A DNA stretch of 64,000 nt from an uncultured Candidatus Saccharibacteria bacterium (GTDB taxonomy: Bacteria > Patescibacteriota > Minisyncoccia > UBA6257 > JACOXY01): the NCBI GenBank assembly GCA_964357615.1, contig CAYHMC010000007.1:4896-68895 (forward strand). The letters are read 5' to 3'. Numbering within the stretch: the stretch's first letter is position 1; each line of letters begins with the position of its first letter. The translations under genes were made by a program, and so were the position numbers. The notes beneath the pieces were generated by a model. The model did not search any database. It was given only the letters and a program-made list of their open reading frames with translations, and was not told the origin of the DNA. Shown piece after piece: positions 59,663-64,000 of the stretch.

Positions 59663-60853
59663 ATGAATAATTCAATAACCCTTAAAAATATTCCACCAGA
59701 AATTCGTTCTTGGCTTGCATCGGCCGCAACAGCGGACGAAATAAGACGAATAAATGTTGAACTTAACTTACAGGAAAACGACATAGTGTTTATTCCTTTT
59801 CTTATTTTTAAACTAGCCTCAAAGGATATTGAGCCAGCGAACTTTGCTCAAGAATTAAGCGATTGGATTAGTATACCCATTGGATCAGCGCGCACGATTG
59901 CTGCGGAAATTAAGGAAAAAATTCTTACACCTATTGCTTCGCCTCTTAAAGAGTTTGGGGTTGACATAAGTCTTATAAGCCAAGTAGAAGATTCAATTAA
60001 ACACCCTGTTATTGCTCCAATACCACCTCCGCCACCAATAAAAATATCCTACCAACCACCACCACCTCCGGCTATGGGTGGATCAATTAATACAAACTTG
60101 GGTGGTGGAGCAGTTGTTGAAATTCAAAAAACTAAAGGAAAAATTCACATTATTGGTGATGCTCACGAACATAGCGCCAATGAAAAAATTGCAGTCGATG
60201 ATGGTGTTATTGCTCCTTTAATTAATCAAAAAAATATTGCTCAAAATTTACCGGTATCTCCCGCGCTAAAAGAAGAAAAACACTCAGCGTGGCCACCCGC
60301 ACCACAACCAACCAACCAAACAAAGCCAGAAATTAAAAAAACGGCCGCTGAAACCAATACAGAAGGGGAGGCTGTTCCATTTATCCTACACAAAGAAACT
60401 CCATTTACTCCAGTTTTAAAGGAACATGAGTGGAAACCGCCCGCCATGAATAAGCCACTAACTAGCACTCCACCTTTTAAACCAAGCGCAAATGCTAGCT
60501 TCACTGCAATCAAACCTCCACCACAAGGACCTGTTGTGCCCGTAATTCCAGGAACAAACTTTAACCCACAACAAAAAATTACTCCACCTGCACCACCAAA
60601 CAACTTATCCTCGGGACTACCAAAAAAAATCGTGGAGTTACCTAGGATTGTAAATTTTGATGCCGACAGTAATTTGCCAAATGCGCCTATAAGCAAAAAT
60701 CCAATTGTAAATCTTAAAGCCGAACCTCAAAAAACTGATATGAAAACACCTCACAATCTAAACCAAGAACTTGTAAAACCAAGTGTGGCTCCAGTTAAGC
60801 CACAACTCGAGCCAACACCAAGCACAAAAAACAATACAGTAGACTTAAGGTAA
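59663..60853 (+). CDS. Proline-rich hypothetical protein within the T4SS-like locus
   Basis: 396 aa. APIPPPPPIKISYQPPPPPAM and many PP/PxP stretches. No recognisable catalytic domain. Confidence 0.4.
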   Translation: MNNSITLKNIPPEIRSWLASAATADEIRRINVELNLQENDIVFIPFLIFKLASKDIEPANFAQELSDWISIPIGSARTIAAEIKEKILTPIASPLKEFGVDISLISQVEDSIKHPVIAPIPPPPPIKISYQPPPPPAMGGSINTNLGGGAVVEIQKTKGKIHIIGDAHEHSANEKIAVDDGVIAPLINQKNIAQNLPVSPALKEEKHSAWPPAPQPTNQTKPEIKKTAAETNTEGEAVPFILHKETPFTPVLKEHEWKPPAMNKPLTSTPPFKPSANASFTAIKPPPQGPVVPVIPGTNFNPQQKITPPAPPNNLSSGLPKKIVELPRIVNFDADSNLPNAPISKNPIVNLKAEPQKTDMKTPHNLNQELVKPSVAPVKPQLEPTPSTKNNTVDLR

Positions 60854-60888
60854 ATAGTTTTCTTAAATTTTATCGGTTAGATTAAACT

Positions 60889-61572
60889 ATGGCACAGTTT
60901 CAAGTTCCACAATTTATTGAGATTGAACAAAAAATTATTGGCGGAGCATTTACTATGCGCCAATTCTTAATAATGGCCTTGGGTGCAGGTTTGGTTTTTT
61001 TACTTTTTTTGGTATTAAACTTTATTGTTTGGGTGTTTTTTGCAGTTATTATTGGAGTTGGAATTTTTGCCGTGGCCTTTTTGAAAGTAAGTGGTAGATC
61101 ATTTGGCCTTTTGCTTAAAGCTGCTTTTTTTTACTATTGGAATCCATCTTTTTATCTCTGGAAATCAGAAGATGAATACGGGGTTAAAATACCAGAAACC
61201 AAACAAATCAAAACTACCAACCCCGAATCCACAGAAGAAAATAGCTCTCAAACAGTAACCACAAGAAGATTTGGTGTTTTTTCAAAACCAGAAAATAGAC
61301 TACAAATCAACGACAAAACAAAAGAATCGCCGAAAAATTCTAAACCAAGCTATGATTCAAAGTCTCTTAATCACAAAGAAACAAGAGAAAAACTAAAAAT
61401 TGGAGATCAAATTCAAAGCTTGTGGGAAAAAATCTCCACAACAAAAGACTTAATTCCAAAGCGAGAAAATAGAATGAATCCATTTCAAAAAGAAAGAGCA
61501 GAGGCGGGTTACGAAGCTATGAGACGATCAACCGGAGAAGTTGAAATGGCAAAACGGGTTGATTTTACGTAG
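60889..61572 (+). CDS. PrgI/VirB3-like small membrane protein of a T4SS
   Basis: 227 aa. MAQFQVPQFIEIEQKIIGGAFTMRQFLIMALGAGLVFLLF... resembles the PrgI-family N-terminus (M..V..DI...KI.GLT.RQ). There are two TM helices. It sits immediately upstream of VirB4, the canonical VirB3-VirB4 order. Confidence 0.55.
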   Translation: MAQFQVPQFIEIEQKIIGGAFTMRQFLIMALGAGLVFLLFLVLNFIVWVFFAVIIGVGIFAVAFLKVSGRSFGLLLKAAFFYYWNPSFYLWKSEDEYGVKIPETKQIKTTNPESTEENSSQTVTTRRFGVFSKPENRLQINDKTKESPKNSKPSYDSKSLNHKETREKLKIGDQIQSLWEKISTTKDLIPKRENRMNPFQKERAEAGYEAMRRSTGEVEMAKRVDFT

Positions 61573-61646
61573 TCGCTAATCATTAAAACATTTTATTAGG
61601 GGAGGGTATTTAATCGAAAAAACCATTTATCTGGTATACTACTACT

Positions 61647-62282
61647 ATGGCAACAGAAGAATCTCTACCATCACAAGATTTTATCGCAATCAGTGAAATT
61701 AAAAACGATGTAATATATTTAAAAAACGGAGGAATTCGAAAAGTACTTCTTGTCTCTGGAATTAATACAGAACTAAAATCTGAAGACGAACAAAATACAG
61801 TCTACTTTCTATTTCAAAATTTTTTAAATAGCGTAGACTTTCCGCTTCAGTTTGCAGTTCATTCGCGCAAATTAAATGTAAATGGATATCTTGCGTATCT
61901 AGAAACTCGTCGAGTCGCAGAAACAAACGAACTACTAAAAAGTGGCATAGAGGAATACATTGAGTTCGTTAAGTCATTCGTTCAAGAAAATGCAATTATG
62001 ACAAAAAATTTTTTTGTAGTTGTTTCTTATAATCCACTTATAGCTTCCTCAAAAACAAGCTTGGCAAGCTCAATACCGATTATTGGTAAAAAAATGGGTG
62101 GGGATGACAAACAAAAAAATGAGACTGAAATGATTGAACAACTCACACAAAGGACAGAACAAGTTACTTCGGGACTGCATGGAATTGGACTTCGAGCTAT
62201 AGCTTTAAATAGTAGCGAACTAACTGAATTATTTTTTAATCTCTACAATCCAGAAACCATCGAGAAAAAACTTTCTCAATAA
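61647..62282 (+). CDS. VirB4/TrbE/CagE family N-terminal domain, encoded as a separate ORF
   Basis: 211 aa. DFIAISEIKNDVIYLKNGGIRKVLLVSGINTELKSEDEQNTVYFLFQNFLNSVDFPLQFAVHS matches the CagE/TrbE/VirB N-domain pattern (report, then LNSLDFPIQI). It terminates at a TAA, 39 nt before the ATPase ORF. Confidence 0.6.
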   Translation: MATEESLPSQDFIAISEIKNDVIYLKNGGIRKVLLVSGINTELKSEDEQNTVYFLFQNFLNSVDFPLQFAVHSRKLNVNGYLAYLETRRVAETNELLKSGIEEYIEFVKSFVQENAIMTKNFFVVVSYNPLIASSKTSLASSIPIIGKKMGGDDKQKNETEMIEQLTQRTEQVTSGLHGIGLRAIALNSSELTELFFNLYNPETIEKKLSQ

Positions 62283-62321
62283 TTTTAAAAATTGGTTATT
62301 TAAATATTTAACAAAAACGAT

Positions 62322-64000
62322 ATGGAAAAAGATGCTAAAAACTTAATCGCTCCGGCCGCCGTAAAAGTTAATCCCAATAATATGAAAATTGGGGACAAGT
62401 ACATTAAAACCCTTTTTGTGTTTGCATATCCGCGCACCCTAGTTTCGGGTTGGTTAAACCCAATAATTAATGTTCCTGAACTTTTGGATATTTCAATTTT
62501 TATGCACCCAGTCGATACTTCAGTAGCCTTAAAAAATCTAATGAAAAAGGCGGCCAGGTTAGAGGCGGAATTAATTGAACATCAAGAAAAGGGGCTAGTT
62601 CGAGACCCACAACTTGAAACCGCATATAAAGATGTTGATATGTTACGAGATGCGCTTCAACAAGCAAGAGAAAAACTTTTCAATGTTGGGCTGTATGTAA
62701 CAATTTACGCTGACTCTGTTGAGGCTTTAAATAAATTAGAGGCAAAAATTACTGCAATGTTCGAGAATCAACTTGTGTATGTTAAAAATGCTATTTTTCA
62801 AGAAAACGAGGGATTTACTGCCACATTGCCATTGGGCAACGACGAACTTTACATTAATAAACCTATGAACTCTGGGCCACTTTCGAGTTTTTTCCCTTTT
62901 ATTTCAACCGATCTTACTAGCGACAAAGGAATAATGTACGGCTTAAACCGACACAATAGCACCTTAGTTATATTTGATAGATTTTCTTTAGAAAACGCCA
63001 ACACCGCAATCTTTGCAAAATCAGGAGCGGGCAAATCTTATGCAGCTAAATTAGAAATACTTAGAATGCTAATGACGGGTACGGATGTTTTAGTTATAGA
63101 CCCAGAAAATGAATATGAAATGTTAGCAAATGCAGTAGGTGGAACAATTTTTAAAATCGGGCTCCACTCAAAAGACCACATTAATCCACTAGATATTCCA
63201 CCAATACCAGAAGACGAAGTTCCTGGCGAGGTTTTAAAGTCACATATATTAAATTTAACTGGCCTTCTTAAGTTAATGTTAGGCAAAATCACCTCAGAAG
63301 AAGACGCTATTTTAGACCAGGCTCTTACCGAAGTTTACGCGGCTCGTGGAATTACTGCCGACCGTGACTTTAGAAATCTAGAACCACCTAGGCTTCAAGA
63401 TTTTCGAGTTGTTCTTGAAAACATGTCTGGTGGACGCGACCTAGCCCAAAGATTATATAAATTCACGGATGGTAGTTTTGCTGGTTTTGTAAATCAACCA
63501 ACCAGCGTTGATGTTAAAAACCGCTTTATTGTTTTTTCAATCAGAGACCTCGAAGAAGAGCTGAGACCGGTTGCTATGTATATAATTCTAAACTTTGTGT
63601 GGAACCTTGTTAGGTCCGAACTAAAAAAGAGAGTTATTGTTTTGGATGAGGCGTGGTGGATGATGCAACACGAAGAAGGAGCTAGATTTTTATTCGGCTT
63701 AGTTAAGCGTGCGCGTAAATATTATCTAGGCGTGACAACAATAACTCAGGATGTTGAGGATTTTATTAGCTCGCCTTACGGCAGACCCGTAATAACAAAT
63801 TCGTCGTTACAATTATTATTACAACAGGCACCAGCCGCAATTGACGCCGTTGCAAAAACTTTTTCACTTACTACCATTGAAAAAAATCTTTTAGTTGAGG
63901 CGGAACCAGGGCATGGAATATTTTTTGCAGGACTTCGCCATGTTGCTATTCAGATTATTCCCTCTTATTTTGAAAATAAAATTATAACTACAAATCCAGA
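62322..64000 (+). CDS. VirB4-like T4SS ATPase domain, partial (continues beyond window end)
   Basis: My translation from ATG 62322. Walker A FAKSGAGKSY, Walker B VIVLDEAWWMM, GVTTITQDVEDF and NSSLQLLLQQ, the VirB4 sensor and C-motifs. The frame is open to position 64000. It is not in the ORF track, presumably because no stop is reached. Confidence 0.75.
   Translation, partial: MEKDAKNLIAPAAVKVNPNNMKIGDKYIKTLFVFAYPRTLVSGWLNPIINVPELLDISIFMHPVDTSVALKNLMKKAARLEAELIEHQEKGLVRDPQLETAYKDVDMLRDALQQAREKLFNVGLYVTIYADSVEALNKLEAKITAMFENQLVYVKNAIFQENEGFTATLPLGNDELYINKPMNSGPLSSFFPFISTDLTSDKGIMYGLNRHNSTLVIFDRFSLENANTAIFAKSGAGKSYAAKLEILRMLMTGTDVLVIDPENEYEMLANAVGGTIFKIGLHSKDHINPLDIPPIPEDEVPGEVLKSHILNLTGLLKLMLGKITSEEDAILDQALTEVYAARGITADRDFRNLEPPRLQDFRVVLENMSGGRDLAQRLYKFTDGSFAGFVNQPTSVDVKNRFIVFSIRDLEEELRPVAMYIILNFVWNLVRSELKKRVIVLDEAWWMMQHEEGARFLFGLVKRARKYYLGVTTITQDVEDFISSPYGRPVITNSSLQLLLQQAPAAIDAVAKTFSLTTIEKNLLVEAEPGHGIFFAGLRHVAIQIIPSYFENKIITTNP

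Noticed and set aside
1-64000. rRNA genes or other large structured RNAs
   Set aside because: No stretch resembling the conserved 16S or 23S motifs was seen by eye, and long non-coding stretches are AT-rich and low-complexity. This cannot be fully excluded without a covariance-model search.

Overview
This 64 kb window appears to come from a low-GC, compact bacterial genome (roughly one-third GC, judged by eye). The short gene complement and the streamlined ribosomal protein S1 with four S1 domains resemble reduced or CPR/Patescibacteria-like genomes, but the taxon cannot be fixed from sequence alone. Standard genetic code: large housekeeping ORFs are intact.

Housekeeping content includes hppA (partial), nusA, gyrA, rpsA, ftsH, rpsO, pnp, a UvrD/PcrA helicase, ksgA, comM/yifB, lemA plus a TPM protein, an M23/LysM peptidase, a Xer-type tyrosine recombinase, and three tRNAs (Leu-TAG, Ile-TAT, Val-TAC).

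Accessory regions, in order along the window:
- 3.3-8.6 kb: two tandem copies of a two-gene module, each a small membrane protein plus a giant secreted repeat protein. The copies share an approximately 690 bp nucleotide-identical 3' segment.
- 8.6-11.2 kb: a 2.6 kb gene-free AT-rich region. It holds about 14 copies of a 16-20 bp perfect palindrome, AATGTTTAnCGAnAAACATT, which is parS-like or LacI-operator-like.
- 12.9-18 kb: six tandem VirB2/TrbC-like pilin paralogs, followed by two paralogous genes in which a pilin-like N-terminal module is fused to different cell-wall hydrolase domains. One is an SLT lytic transglycosylase and the other a putative peptidase. The shared module is nucleotide-identical over roughly 470 bp.
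- 24.66-26.53 kb: a sharply GC-rich (about 60 percent or more) pair of divergent genes of unknown function, with an AT-rich promoter region between them. They are followed by a moderately GC-rich beta-CASP nuclease and a NUDIX hydrolase.
- 31.6-34.6 kb: tRNA-Ile/Val, three small ORFs, a Xer recombinase, and a direct-repeat cluster upstream of xer.
- 55.9-64 kb: a type IV secretion or conjugation-like core locus. It comprises a secreted Cys-repeat protein, a VirB6/TrbL-like polytopic protein, a Pro-rich protein, a PrgI/VirB3-like protein, and VirB4 encoded as two ORFs (N-domain and ATPase) running off the window end.

All coordinates for tRNAs, promoters, terminators and repeats were hand-derived and may be off by a few bases.
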